A program made the translations under genes and the position numbers. Under the pieces are notes generated by a model. That model saw nothing but the letters and a program-made list of their open reading frames with translations, ran no database searches and had not been told where the DNA came from. DNA of 64,000 nucleotides from an uncultured Chloroflexia bacterium (GTDB taxonomy: Bacteria > Chloroflexota > Limnocylindria > Limnocylindrales > CSP1-4). Numbering within the stretch: the stretch's first letter is position 1; each line of letters starts with the position of its first letter. The stretch lies in assembly GCA_963806265.1 (NCBI GenBank), contig CAWDXT010000022.1, positions 5,816 to 69,815 of the forward strand, read 5' to 3'. This document shows positions 1-9,530 of the stretch, piece after piece.

Positions 1-1012
1 TCTCGTCCCAGCCCAGTGACTGGAACAGCCGCAGCACGGTCGCCGCCTGGCCGCGCAGGTGGGGCATCAGCGCTCCAGGATCGTCGTACAGGGCCGCCCG
101 CGAGAGCGGGACCACGAGCCCGGCGCACATCCGGGCGGCGAGCAGCTCGCCGATGATCCGTCGCTCCGCGGGCTCCAGCGGCATCACCTGCTCATAGCCG
201 TCGATCGCCAGCCGGGCGACGCGAAAGAAGTCATCGATGTCCGCCTCCCGGCCATCGGTGACCGTCTCGAGCACGGCCGGGAGATCGACCACGAGCGCAG
301 ACCAGCTCGCATCGCCGAAGTCGACGATGCCGGTCACGCGCCCTTCCTCGTCCACGAGCGTGTTCGAGGCGCAATGGTCGGTATGGACGAACTGGTGCCG
401 CAGCGTGGGCCAGACAGGCGTCACCTCCCGCTCGAAGCGCTCGAGGCCCCACTCGACCAGCCCCCGGAGCTCCGCGTCGGCGACCGCGTCCGCCATCGGC
501 CGGAGGCGCAGCGCGTGCTGGACGTCCCACAGCATTACCCTGCCTGCCGACGGGTGCCAGAAGCCCCGCAGCGCTCGCCCCACGCGGGCGGCCATCGTTC
601 CCCATGCACGCACGGCCTCGTCGGACAACGTGAAGCCGCGGACCGACGCGCGACCTGGCAGTCGGTCGTACATGCGGGCCCAGTGGACCGCACCGTCGTG
701 CCGGACCGGAGCGCGATGGATGGTCGGATCGGCAGCGACGTGCCAGGGCAGCGCGACCGGGAGCTCGGGATCCACGTGAGCGACGCGCCTGGCGGCGGCC
801 GCCTCCATGTCCAGCTGATCGATCAATTCCACGGCGTTGGAGATCTTGAGCACCGCGGAGCGATCACCGTCGATCAGAAACGTCTGATCGCGCTCGCTGT
901 CGGCCTCGGTTGCCGTTCCGTCGAGCCCGAACAGCTGGCGTGCCACGGCCCCCGCCTCGCGGGTGGTGAGGGCCGGCCGCGGGGCGACAAGCACGCGATC
1001 GATCGGCTCCAT
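1..1012 (-). CDS. Phosphotransferase-enzyme-family kinase (APH / homoserine kinase type II-like), 3' end outside the window
   Basis: The reverse-strand translation starts MEPIDRVLVAPRPALTTREAG and contains VHTDHCASNTLVDEEGRVTGIVDFGDAS, which is a Brenner HxD...N plus DFG-like kinase signature. It runs off the window start. The ATG at 1012 sits just after a hairpin; an alternative in-frame ATG lies at 1057. Confidence 0.7.
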   Translation of the reverse strand, partial: MEPIDRVLVAPRPALTTREAGAVARQLFGLDGTATEADSERDQTFLIDGDRSAVLKISNAVELIDQLDMEAAAARRVAHVDPELPVALPWHVAADPTIHRAPVRHDGAVHWARMYDRLPGRASVRGFTLSDEAVRAWGTMAARVGRALRGFWHPSAGRVMLWDVQHALRLRPMADAVADAELRGLVEWGLERFEREVTPVWPTLRHQFVHTDHCASNTLVDEEGRVTGIVDFGDASWSALVVDLPAVLETVTDGREADIDDFFRVARLAIDGYEQVMPLEPAERRIIGELLAARMCAGLVVPLSRAALYDDPGALMPHLRGQAATVLRLFQSLGWDE

Positions 1013-1016
1013 CGCC

Positions 1017-1034
1017 GGAGGGTACCCTCCGGCG
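1017..1034. terminator. Perfect 8-bp-stem palindrome ccggagggtaccctccgg between the MetE-like stop and the kinase start
   Basis: Seen directly in the sequence. It sits about 75 bp downstream of the minus-strand MetE-like stop (1110). Its position suggests a terminator or attenuator, but no U-tract follows. Confidence 0.35.
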
Positions 1035-1109
1035 ACAGCTACGCGTGCCATTGAATGTGCCACGACCGAGCGCCTGCTGGCGGCTACCCCCAGGGCGACG
1101 GCAGGTGTG

Positions 1110-2336
1110 TCAGCGGCTCGCGATCGGGCAGCATGTCGGCCTGCAGGGCAGGGTCCGCCGCCGGCACGTAGCGTTCCTCCAGCCCGAGCTCCTTGAGCAC
1201 GATGTTGCGTCCCTGCGCGATCGCCGGTCGCCTTGTAGAACGCCACCGTGCGATTGAAGCCCTGGCGACCGAAGCCGCAATCGCTGGACAGGACGAGCTT
1301 GTCGGCCGGGATCACCTCCAGCGCGCGGCGGATGCGGCCGGCGACGACCGGCGCCATGTCGGCCTGGAGGCGTGCGATGGTTGACCACGCCCACCGCGAC
1401 CTTCTTGTTAGGTTCCCGGCGTAGCGGCTTGAACAGGTCGATCTCGGCCAAGTCGTTCTCGGTCGTCTCGACCGTCCACACGTCGCCCTTGAGCCGCTCG
1501 AGGTAGATCTCGATCGAGTTGGCGTACGACTCGCCGGTGTAGACCTTCTGCATGTTGGGGTTGCCCCAGCACGTGTGGATCCACAGCTCGACGTCATCGA
1601 GCCCCTCGACCTCGTGGTTGAAGGCGTCGACCATGAAGTCGAGCAGCTCCTTCTGCTCCGGGTGGAAGCAGGCGGTGAAGTGGATCGTCGGCTCCTCGAT
1701 CTGGATCACCTTCGCCCCGGCCGCCGCGAGCTGGCGCAGCTCGATGTTCATCGCGGTCGCCATGTCCCAGATCAGCTGCTTCTTGTCGTCGAGGTCGTAG
1801 TCGGGCGTGTGGCTGTCGAGGAAGATCGAGAGCACCTGGGACGAGCACGGTCCCGAACTTGACCGGCTTGCCGGACGCTGCGCGCGACTGGGCGATCCGC
1901 CACAGCTTCGCGTACTCGAGCGGGTTCTTCGGGTCGTGCTCCACCTTGCCGACCACGCGCGGCCAGCGCCAGGTCGTCTCGATCTCGTTCATCAGCGTAC
2001 CCGGGCGCGAAGGCGAGCAGCGGCGTCGCGCGACCGCGCGTACTGGAGCTCCTCGTGCTCGAGCCCCTTCCAGCGCTGGAGCGGGTAGTGGTGCCAGGAG
2101 CGGCCGGCGAAGTCCTCGTCGAGGTGGTAGTCGCCGTTGGTCAGGATGTCGAGCCCGGCCCGCTCCTGGTCGGCGATGACCGTGGCGTGGGCGTCGAGGA
2201 ACTGCTCCCGGAACCTGACGTCGAGCAGCGCGGTGTCGAGCGGCCGGCCCCACAGGCCGCCGTCGTACCAGCGCGGTCGCGGCCAGGAGCCGGTGACGGT
2301 TGCCGGAAGCATCAGGTCCTTGGTGGCCGTGAGCAT
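1110..2336 (-). CDS. Cobalamin-independent methionine synthase (MetE/UROD-like, short form) family protein, disrupted by at least 4 frameshifts
   Basis: The N-terminus MLTATKDLMLPATVTGSWPRPRW is in ORF 1992..2336. The middle part GTLMNEIETTWRWPRVVGKVEHDPKNPLEYAKLW is in another frame. LIWDMATAMNIELRQLAAAGAKVIQIEEP...VAVGVVNH is in ORF 1110..1835. The C-terminus ADMAPVVAGRIRRALEVIPADKLVLSSDCGFGRQGF and then AIAQGRNIVLKELGLEERYVPAADP sit in two further frames. Frame switches are near 2010, 1845, 1380 and 1238. Confidence 0.75.
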
Positions 2337-2450
2337 CGCGCAGTGCCTCCTGTCGAGATCCGTGGCGTGACCGAGCGTGCGCCATCGCCCCCGAGTCTAC
2401 GGCTCGCGAACAGGCAGGCGGCGGCGGCGAAAGGGGGTGACGCGGGCGTC

Positions 2451-2880
2451 TCAGCGACCGCCGGACGACAGGCGGCGCCAGCCTCCCGCCCGGTTGTGGG
2501 CCACGACCTCGCGGATCATCGTCGTGAATGCGATGGCGTTGATGCGCTCCTCTTCGCGAATGGCGATCTGGCGGGCTGTCGCGTTGCCATGACCCGCCGT
2601 GATGATGGCGTCCGGATCGCTGACCAGCGGGTCGTAGATGAACACGTTCACGTGGTCCCGGGCCGCCTGCAGCGCGGCGATGTTGCCCTCGAGGACGAAA
2701 TACGGCTGGACCCGGCGCTTGATCGTCTCCTCGATCCCGGGATCCGCAGCGTGGATCAGCCCACGAATTCTCGGCACAGATCGTCTGTTGCCAGGCTGGC
2801 AGCGCGTCGATGTACGCATCCACCCGGGGTTCGCGTCGCCCGGGTGCCGCCGTCGCGGGCGCCCTCCCCGGCCATCGCCG
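2451..2880 (-). CDS. DUF1801 (YdhG/YdeI-like) domain protein, one frameshift
   Basis: VDAYIDALPAWQQTICAE in one frame continues as LRGLIHAADPGIEETIKRRVQPYFVLEGNIAALQAARDHVNVFIYDPLVSDPDAIITAGHGNATARQIAI...HNRAGGW in the frame of ORF 2451..3152. The switch is at about 2765, at a GAATTC site. The start codon is uncertain (GTG/ATG near 2820-2880). Confidence 0.55.
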
Positions 2881-2965
2881 AACCTTCCACATCTCCTGTA
2901 CGACACGATCATGACCTCCCGGCTCGCGCGATCCGGTCCAAGTCTGCGTCGCGACCGCTCCTCGC

Positions 2966-4978
2966 TCAACCCCGCCTCGCGAGCCACGCCAGCCACGCGT
3001 CGCGCTCGAGCGGGCTCGGTCCCGATCGCTCGCGCGCGCGGCGGGTTCTCCCCGACCGGCTGGTAGCCGTCGGGACGTGACTCCAGGATCCCCTCCCCCA
3101 TCGACAGCCCGGGCAGCTGGTAGTGCAGCAGCCGGACACGTGCGACGGGCATCTCGGCCGTGGCCCGCGTGATGCCGTTGGCCGAGTGCTGCCCACGGAC
3201 CCGTCCGCCGAGCCGGCCGAGCGTCGCCGAGCACCCCCGGCGCGGTCGACGACGGCATCTCGAGCGATAGGTCCGCCAACGGCTCGCAGACCCACGTCCC
3301 CGCCCGATCGAGCGCCTCTGCCAGCACCAGCTGCGTGAGCTGCCGGTAGTCGGCGGCCGACGTGGTTGGCGACATGTAGCCGCAGTCGGTCATGGTCACG
3401 CGGCAATCGGTGACCTGCCAGCCCATCGGCCCCTCGGCCAGCGCGTCGCGGACGTTCGCCTCCATCTGGGAGAAGAACGTCTCGGGCGTCCGGTACAGGT
3501 ACAGGGGGATGAGCTTCGGCTCGACGTCGGCGCGGAACTCGATACCCGACCCGGGCGCCATGGGCTCGACCCGTAGCGCCAGGGTGGCCGTGAACGGGTT
3601 CTCGCTCACCGGCGAGCTGCGCCCGGTGATGTTGGTGTGAGTCCTCGCCCGGATGACCTCGTCGGCCTCCCCGGCCCTGGCCGGCCGCTCGATGCACACG
3701 GTCGTCGTCTCGCGGAAGTCGGCGTCGATGCCGTAGTCGCGCGCCAGCGTCGCGCCGATGACCTCCTTCTGCACCTCGCCGTAGAGCGAGACCGAGATCT
3801 CGTGCCGGTGATCGTCCTGCCGGACGTTGATCAGCGGGTCCTGCTCGGCGAGCTGCGAAAGGGCGGCCCGCAGGCTGCCCGCCTGCTCCGGGCGGACGGG
3901 ATCGACGACCGCCTCGAGCGCCGGGCGCGGGAAGCGCGTGGTCTCCTCCTCGCCCGGAGGCGGCTGGCCAACGGCGTCGCCGACGCGAACGGCCCCGAGG
4001 CCGCGGACGGCCGCCATCTCTCCGGCGACCAGCGTCTCCCGGCGCGGAGCTCCGGCCGGCGCGAACACCCTGATCGAGGTCGGCTTCGCGTCCTCGCCGC
4101 CTCCGACCCGCACGCGCTGTCGTGGTCGGAGGGTGCCGTCGAACAGGCGCACGTACGCTACCCGCTCGCCCGATGACGCGCGCTCGATCTTGAACACGCG
4201 GCCCGAGACGGCCGCGTCGGGATCGCCGGCGCGGCCGTTGAGGAGCGCATCGACTCCGGCAAGGAGCGGATCGATGCCGATGCCCATCACGGCCGAGCCG
4301 AAGAACACGGGGTGTGCCCGGCAGGCCCGGGTCTGCTCGGCGAGCTGCTCCCGGAGGTGCGCGTACGTGAGCCCGGGCTCGTCGCCGACGAATGCCCGCA
4401 GGATCGCCTCGTCGTGCTCGGCGAGGGTTTCGGCCAGGAGGTTCGGTGGGCCACGTCATCGCGGTCATACGGCACGACAGAGGCTGCGCGGCTGCCCGCG
4501 TCGGCGACCCGGCCCATCGGGACCATCGCCGCGGCGAGCCGCCGCGCCATCGTGGCGACCACGCCATCCGGGTCGGCCCCGCCCGGTCGATCTTGTTGAC
4601 GAAGATCAGGGTCGGGACGTGGAGCCGCTGCAGGGCGCGGAACAGGAGCGGCGTCTGGGGCTGGACGCCCTCGACCGCCGAGACGACGAGGACCGCGCCG
4701 TCGAGCACGCCCAGGACGCGCTCGACCTCGGCGATGAAGTCGGGGTGCCCGGGGGTGTCGACCAGGTTGACCGCGAGGTCGCCGACCAGGAACGAGGCGA
4801 CCGCGGACCGGATCGTGATCCCGCGCTCGCGCTCGAGCTCGAGGGAATCGGTCTGGGTGGTGCCGGCGTCGACGCTGCCGACGCGATCGATGGCGCCGGT
4901 GGTGAAGAGGAGTCGCTCGCTGAGGGTGGTCTTACCGGCGTCGACGTGAGCGAGGATGCCAAGGTTGAGCGTGCGCAT
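2966..4978 (-). CDS. Tet(M)/Tet(O)/OtrA-like ribosomal protection protein (translational GTPase), at least 3 frameshifts, true stop uncertain
   Basis: The N-terminus MRTLNLGILAHVDAGKTTLSERLL...DTPGHPDF...NKID carries G1-G4 motifs. The middle part is in a second frame: DGVVATMARRLAAAMVPMGRVADAGS. Domains II-V are in the frame of ORF 1594..4308: FFGSAVMGIGIDPLL...GRVFKIERASSGERVAYVRLFDG...WQVTDCRVTMTDCGYMSPTTSAADYRQLT. The C-terminus EMPVARVRLLHYQLPGL...PDGYQPVGENP is in the frame of ORF 2451..3152. One switch is explained by a G4-versus-G5 homopolymer at 4577-4580. Confidence 0.8.
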   Translation of the reverse strand: MRTLNLGILAHVDAGKTTLSERLLFTTGAIDRVGSVDAGTTQTDSLELERERGITIRSAVASFLVGDLAVNLVDTPGHPDFIAEVERVLGVLDGAVLVVSAVEGVQPQTPLLFRALQRLHVPTLIFVNKIDRAGPTRMAWSPRWRGGSPRRWSRWAGSPTRAAAQPLSCRMTAMTWPTEPPGRNPRRARRGDPAGIRRRRARAHVRAPPGAARRADPGLPGTPRVLRLGRDGHRHRSAPCRSRCAPQRPRRRSRRGRLGPRVQDRARVIGRAGSVRAPVRRHPPTTTARAGRRRRGREADLDQGVRAGRSSAPGDAGRRRDGGRPRPRGRSRRRRRWPAASGRGGDHALPAPGARGGRRSRPPGAGGQPAGRPFAARRAGPADQRPAGRSPARDLGLALRRGAEGGHRRDAGARLRHRRRLPRDDDRVHRAAGQGRGGRRGHPGEDSHQHHRAQLAGEREPVHGHPGATGRAHGARVGYRVPRRRRAEAHPPVPVPDARDVLLPDGGERPRRAGRGADGLAGHRLPRDHDRLRLHVANHVGRRLPAAHAAGAGRGARSGGDVGLRAVGGPIARDAVVDRAGGARRRSAGSADGSVGSTRPTASRGPRPRCPSHVSGCCTTSCPGCRWGRGSWSHVPTATSRSGRTRRARERSGPSPLERDAWLAWLARRG

Positions 4979-5143
4979 GGGGCCTCATGCCTTCCAAGAG
5001 GGTGGTCACCTTCTGGCTGGACATGGGTGCTCCCATCTCGCTCCTTTCCCTTGTGCTCGCGCGGTTGCGCCCTGACTGTCGCACGACCGGTCAAGCGGGA
5101 CAGCCCGTAGGGGTAGACCCTGACGGGGGGTTAGGGTTAGGCC

Positions 5144-6461
5144 ATGGTTCGCCTCCAGGTGCTTCGCGATCGACTGCGGCTGAGCCTGTGGCTGATCCCC
5201 GGCCTGTTCGCCCTTGCTGCCGTCGTGCTGGCACTGGTGCTCTCGGCCGTGGACCGGGTGCTGCCATCCGATGCGAGCTATCTCGTGTTCACATTCGGCG
5301 GCACCGCCGATGGCGCGCGCGCGATGCTGTCCACGATCGCGCAGGCGATGCTCACGTTCACCGGCCTCGTGTTCACGATCACGATGCTCGTGCTCCAGCT
5401 TGCGTCGAACCAGCTCTCGCCGCGTGTGATGCGGACCTTCCTGCGTGATCGCGCCAACCAGGCCGTGCTCGGCCTGTTCGTGGCGACCTTCGTGTACACG
5501 CTCATCGTCCTGAGCGAGGTCCGCGCACCAACCGACGGCGGTGACGGCTTCGTCCCCGCGCTCTCGATCTGGGTCGCTTTCGCCCTGCTGCTCGCGAGCG
5601 TGGGCGCGTTCGTGTTCTACATCGACCACATGGCCCACGCGATCCGCGCCAGCACCGTGATCACCAGCATCTGGGCCGAGACCGTGGCGGCTGTCGATCG
5701 CCTGTTCCCCGAGCGCATCGGGCACGAGGCACGCGGCGACGTCGCGCTCCCGCGGGCGCCGGGGCCCGAGGTCGTCCTGACCGCGCCCAGCGCCGGTGTC
5801 CTGGTCGCCGTCGACGAGGAGCGCCTCCTCTCCGTCGCCGCGACGGAGGACCGCTCCATCGAGCTCCTGCCCGCGGTGGGCGACTTCGTCACCGAGGGCA
5901 GCCCGCTGGCTCGTCTCTGGGGGTCCTGGGATCGCGAGGCTGCCGACCAGGTGCGGGCGGCAATCGGGCTCGACGCCGAGCGGACGCTCGATCAGGATGC
6001 AGCGTTCGGGTTCCGCCAGCTGGTCGACATCGCGACCCGGGCACTGTCGCCCGGGACCAACGACCCGACGACGGCCGTCCAGGCGCTCGACCGGATCCAC
6101 GACCTGCTGCGCCGCCTTGCCGTGCGCGATATCCCGTCCCCCGTGCGGTCCGTCGATGGACGCGCGCGAGCGCTGCTTCACCGGCCGGGCTGGGACGACT
6201 ACGTCCATCTCGCGATCGACGAGATCCGGCTCGCGGGCAGCGGGCAGATCCAGGTCACGCGACGGCTGTACGCGATCCTCGAGGACCTCGACGGCCGTTG
6301 CTCCGCAGGAGCGGCGCGCGGTGCTGCGTGCCGAGCGAGCGGCCCTCGACGACGGCGTCGAGCACGCCTTTGGCAGCACATCGGACCGGGCGCTGGCCAG
6401 GGAGCCCAGCGCTCGCGGCCACGCGCTCCGCACCTGGAGCGACGCTGGTCCGGAGTCGTAG
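5144..6461 (+). CDS. DUF2254 family membrane protein, one frameshift near 6290
   Basis: ORF 5144..6682 has an N-terminal TM region and the DUF2254-like core ...IQVTRRLYAILEDL. The C-terminus TAVAPQERRAVLRAERAALDDGVEHAFG...DAGPES* is in the frame of ORF 5796..6461. Confidence 0.65.
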
Positions 6462-6525
6462 GCGCAGCGAGCGACGGTCTCGCCCGGCATGCGCCGCCCC
6501 CCGGCTCTCGCGGCCGGGCGTCACT

Positions 6526-6585
6526 CGATCAGTCGGATCGACGTTCGATCAGCCGGATCGCCGTTCGATCAGCCGGATCGATACT
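6526..6585. repeat. 20-bp direct repeat x3 (cgatcagYcggatcgNNNNt) overlapping the 3' end of the VOC gene
   Basis: Copies are at 6526-6545, 6546-6565 and 6566-6585. The last copy encodes the VOC C-terminus ...EYRSG*. Confidence 0.7.
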
Positions 6586-6970
6586 CGCTGAGCTCGAACA
6601 GGTGACCATCCGGGTCGCGCAGGAAGCACCGGGTCTCGGCCCCCGTTGTCACCGGCGGCGCGAGGAAGACCCCACCCCGTGAGCGAAGCAGCTCCCAGGT
6701 TGCGCGGCAGTCGTCGACGCGGATCGTGAACAGGTTGTCGCGCCGGTTGGGGTCGTCCGGTGGTGCCAGCTCGACACCCGGCTTGTCCTCGGTCGGTTCG
6801 CCACCCTCAACGAGCAGCAGCCATGCGCCGGCGAAGCTCAGCACGACCGACGCACCGTACTCCCGGTACAGCGTGGCCCCCAGGACGTCCAGGTACCAGG
6901 CCTTTGACCGGGCCGGGTCGGCCACGACCAGGATGTGGGTCAGGGCCGTGTCCGGTGTCGGGAACGTCAT
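6569..6970 (-). CDS. VOC (glyoxalase/bleomycin-resistance/dioxygenase) family protein
   Basis: Intact 133-aa ORF: MTFPTPDTALTHILVVADPARSKAWYLDVLGA...DPDGHLFELSEY. Confidence 0.8.
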   Translation of the reverse strand: MTFPTPDTALTHILVVADPARSKAWYLDVLGATLYREYGASVVLSFAGAWLLLVEGGEPTEDKPGVELAPPDDPNRRDNLFTIRVDDCRATWELLRSRGGVFLAPPVTTGAETRCFLRDPDGHLFELSEYRSG

Positions 6971-7105
6971 GTCGCGCCTCCGTCGATGACCTGGTCCGAG
7001 CCCATCGCTGGTTGCCTGCGGAAGACCCTAGCCCCTGCCCGCGCCGCGTCAAGTCGCCGGCTGCGCGTGAGACCGGATCTCCAAGGGGCGACGTAGACTC
7101 CGCCC

Positions 7106-7708
7106 ATGGATGAGGCGCACCACGAGCACACGGCCGATCACGAGCACCACCACGATCACGAGCATGTCGACTACCCCGAGGCCGTCCGTGCGTATCGCGC
7201 CGACAAGGACGACTACTTCCGGCGGGGTCGCCAGAGCCCCATCCCGCCGAACCAGCGCGACGGGTTCACGGGCCTCCCCTACTTCGATGTCGACGAGGAC
7301 CTGGTATTCGAGGATCTGCGCCTCGAGCCGTACCACGGGACCGAGCCAGCGAGATTCCAGATCCCGACCTCGGACGGCCAGCTACGACCGGCACAGCGAG
7401 CGGGGGTGCTGCGGTTCGAGATCGACGGCATCGCATGCTCGCTGACCGGCTACACGCTCGCGGGTGGCAGCGACGACTCGCTGTTCGTGCCGTTCATGGA
7501 TGGCACGACCGGCGTGGAGACGTATGCCGCCGGCCGCTATCTCGACCTGCTCCCCGAGGACGACGGCAGCTACGCCCTCGACTTCAACCTCGCCTACCAC
7601 CCGTCCTGCGTCTACGACAGCCGCTTCTCGTGTCCCCTCACGCCGGCCGAGAACCGCCTCCCGGTGCGGATCGAGGCCGGCGAGCGCCTCCCGCAGACGC
7701 CGGCGTGA
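7106..7708 (+). CDS. DUF1684 domain protein with a His-rich N-terminus
   Basis: Intact 200-aa ORF. It has an HEHTADHEHHHDHEH stretch followed by PYFDVDEDL...DFNLAYHPSCVYDSRFSCPLTPAENRLPVRIEAGE, the DUF1684 signature. Confidence 0.8.
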   Translation: MDEAHHEHTADHEHHHDHEHVDYPEAVRAYRADKDDYFRRGRQSPIPPNQRDGFTGLPYFDVDEDLVFEDLRLEPYHGTEPARFQIPTSDGQLRPAQRAGVLRFEIDGIACSLTGYTLAGGSDDSLFVPFMDGTTGVETYAAGRYLDLLPEDDGSYALDFNLAYHPSCVYDSRFSCPLTPAENRLPVRIEAGERLPQTPA

Positions 7709-7761
7709 TCGCTGCTGGCGCCGGCGTGATCGCTGCTGGCGCCGGCGTGATCGCTGCTGGC
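7699..7761. repeat. 21-bp tandem repeat x3 (gccggcgtgatcgctgctggc) beginning at the DUF1684 stop codon
   Basis: Three exact or near-exact copies. Each carries a TGA in the DUF1684 reading frame. Confidence 0.75.
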
Positions 7762-7854
7762 ACCGGCCGCCGGGTGCTCCGGCAGGACCAAGCGCGGTCG
7801 AGGGCGGGACGATCGAGGGACGGCCACCGCCTCGTCCACGTCCGACCCTTCGGG

Positions 7855-8132
7855 TCATGGAACCTCGAGATGACCCGCGTCCCGCGGCCCGCTTTCATGC
7901 CATCAAGCCCCGTCACGTCAAGATCGTGACCAACCTTCACCAACGGGTGTCCGGCGTGACCTGGGACATCCTCTCGTGCGTGGCCTACCTCGACCACCAC
8001 GATACTGACCTCGGCACCTGGGGCACGGCCGATGCTGCCTCGCTCCATGGCCCGCTCATCGTGGCCGGCGGCGAGGACGAGCGCGTCTCGATCGAGCCTC
8101 GCCAGGTCCTCCGCCTCGCCGTCCTCCAGTAG
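7855..8132 (+). CDS. Hypothetical small protein
   Basis: It is the 3' part of ORF 7464..8132 (MEPRDDPRPAARFHAIKPRHVKIVTNLHQRVSGVTWDILSCVAYLDHHDTDLGTWGT...), in a locally lower-GC stretch. No family was recognised. Confidence 0.25.
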
Positions 8133-8324
8133 CCGGGGCGCACCGGCCGACCTCGGACTTCCGCAAGCCTCCCCGCCCACCGACCCGCAATTAGCGGCGT
8201 CGGTGCCGCTGCGTCGGCGCCCGCTCCTTCGCGCCCCGCTGCCCGGTTGAACGACGCCGTCTGAGGGATACCCGCCCGAGGCGCCCAGCGTTCCTCCTTC
8301 AGGCGGTCCCCACCAGATTCGGGG

Positions 8325-8383
8325 TTGACAAATCCGAATCGTGTGAGATCGTTCTCAACACCAGTTGTGAGATCGATCTCACC
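8325..8383 (+). promoter_or_regulatory. Candidate promoter/operator of the frl-like operon: TTGACA -35-like hexamer plus a LacI-type palindrome
   Basis: TTGACA is at 8325-8330. An imperfect site tgtgagatcgttctcaaca is at 8342-8360. A perfect 16-bp palindrome gtgagatcgatctcac is at 8368-8383 and resembles symmetric lac-type operators (TGTGAGC-GCTCACA). It lies 40 bp upstream of the GTG start at 8424. Confidence 0.4.
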
Positions 8384-8423
8384 GTCACCCGGACGGTGCG
8401 TGACCATCGGTGGAGGAGACCAC

Positions 8424-9505
8424 GTGGTGGCTGACCTGACGCGGCTTGTCGACGCCGCCCGCGAGAGCGAGCTGTTCACGGCTCCGTGCCTCGAGCACGA
8501 CCTCCCGATCTTCCTGGATGAGCACGGGGACCGCATCCGCCAGCTCGCCCGTCGCACCGCCGGGGGCGAGTTCGATCACGTCTTCTTCGTCGGCAGCGGC
8601 GGCTCGTGGTCGAACATGTACACGGGCAAGTACTTGCTCGATCGCTACACGGCGACGACGTCGGACGTGCTGCCCAGCTATGAGCTGGCGTGGCGGAACC
8701 CATCACGGCTCGGCAAGCGATCGCTGGTCTTCCTCGCGTCCTATTCGGGTGCCACCGAGGACACGCTCGCCGCCCAGCGCCACGCGAACGAGCTGGGCGC
8801 CCACACCGTCGCCATCACGCGCCGGCGTTCGAGCCCGATGGCCACCGAGGCTGCCGAGGTCATCGACTACGAGTCGACGGCGTTGTACGTCATGCCGCTT
8901 GCCGCGGTCACGCTGTTCGCCCTCGAGCTCGCACGCGAGACCGAAGGCCCCGGCCGGGCCGACGCCGAGGCCGCGCTTGCCCAGCTGGCGGACCTGCCAG
9001 CGATCCTCGGGCAAGCCTACCGCGACGACGAGCCGACCGGGCGCGAATGGCCCGGCGCTTCCTGAGCAGCACCGCGCTCACGGTGTTCGCCGCCGGTCCG
9101 CTGTATGGCCTGGGCTACAAGTTCGCGCTCACGGTGTTCATGGAGAACATCCGCGTCGGCGGCTCGATCATCAGGCGGCCGAGTTCCGCCATGGGCCGGT
9201 CGAGGCGCTCGAGCGGTCCCGGCTCGACATCGTGGCCCTGCTGGGCACCGACGAGTCTCGCGAGATGACGCAGCGGGCAGTCGCCACGGCCGAGCAGGCC
9301 GGCGCCCGCGTGCTCGTGATGGACGCGGCGAGTCTACCCCGGTGTCCACCCCATGCTGACGCCGTTCGTGCTGCTGGTCCCACTCCAGTGGTTCACGGTC
9401 TACTCCGCGCTCCTGCGCGGCATCACCGACCTCGACGAGCGGGTGTTCATGGGACACCGGGTCCTTGCCGACCGGCTCCGATGCCACCTGGCCCTGATCG
9501 CCAGC
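8424..9505 (+). CDS. SIS-domain sugar-phosphate isomerase/deglycase (FrlB / GlmS-C-terminal-like) paralog 1, at least 3 frameshifts
   Basis: A GGAGGAG RBS precedes the GTG start at 8424. The first SIS domain is HVFFVGSGGSWSNMYTGKYLLDRY...SYSGATEDTL. The second SIS domain is spread over three frames: LTVFAAGPLYGLGYKFALTVFMENIRVGGSII, then QAAEFRHGPVEALERS...VLVMDAASLP, then the tail MLTPFVLLVPLQWFTVYSALLRGITDLDERVFMG. The end is approximate. Confidence 0.7.
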
Positions 9506-9530
9506 GAGTTCCGGAGAGGAGATTTCTTCA

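Noticed and set aside
59-1054. 331-aa plus-strand ORF and many similar long ORFs (e.g. 5006..6490 minus, 16403..17308 minus, 29324..31639 plus 771 aa antisense to the LAL gene, 43633..44922 plus, 56239..57921 minus 560 aa)
   Set aside because: Arg/Gly/Pro/Ala-dominated translations with no family resemblance. They lie antisense to, or out of frame with, clearly protein-like genes. These are expected stop-codon-poor artefacts at about 70% GC.
2765-2770. EcoRI site GAATTC, rare in this GC context, at the DUF1801 frameshift
   Set aside because: A single hexamer; no evidence of a cloning junction, and both flanks belong to the same protein family.
5128-5138. ttagggttagg, a telomere-like (TTAGGG)2 motif
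   Set aside because: Only two units; consistent with chance in an intergenic spacer.
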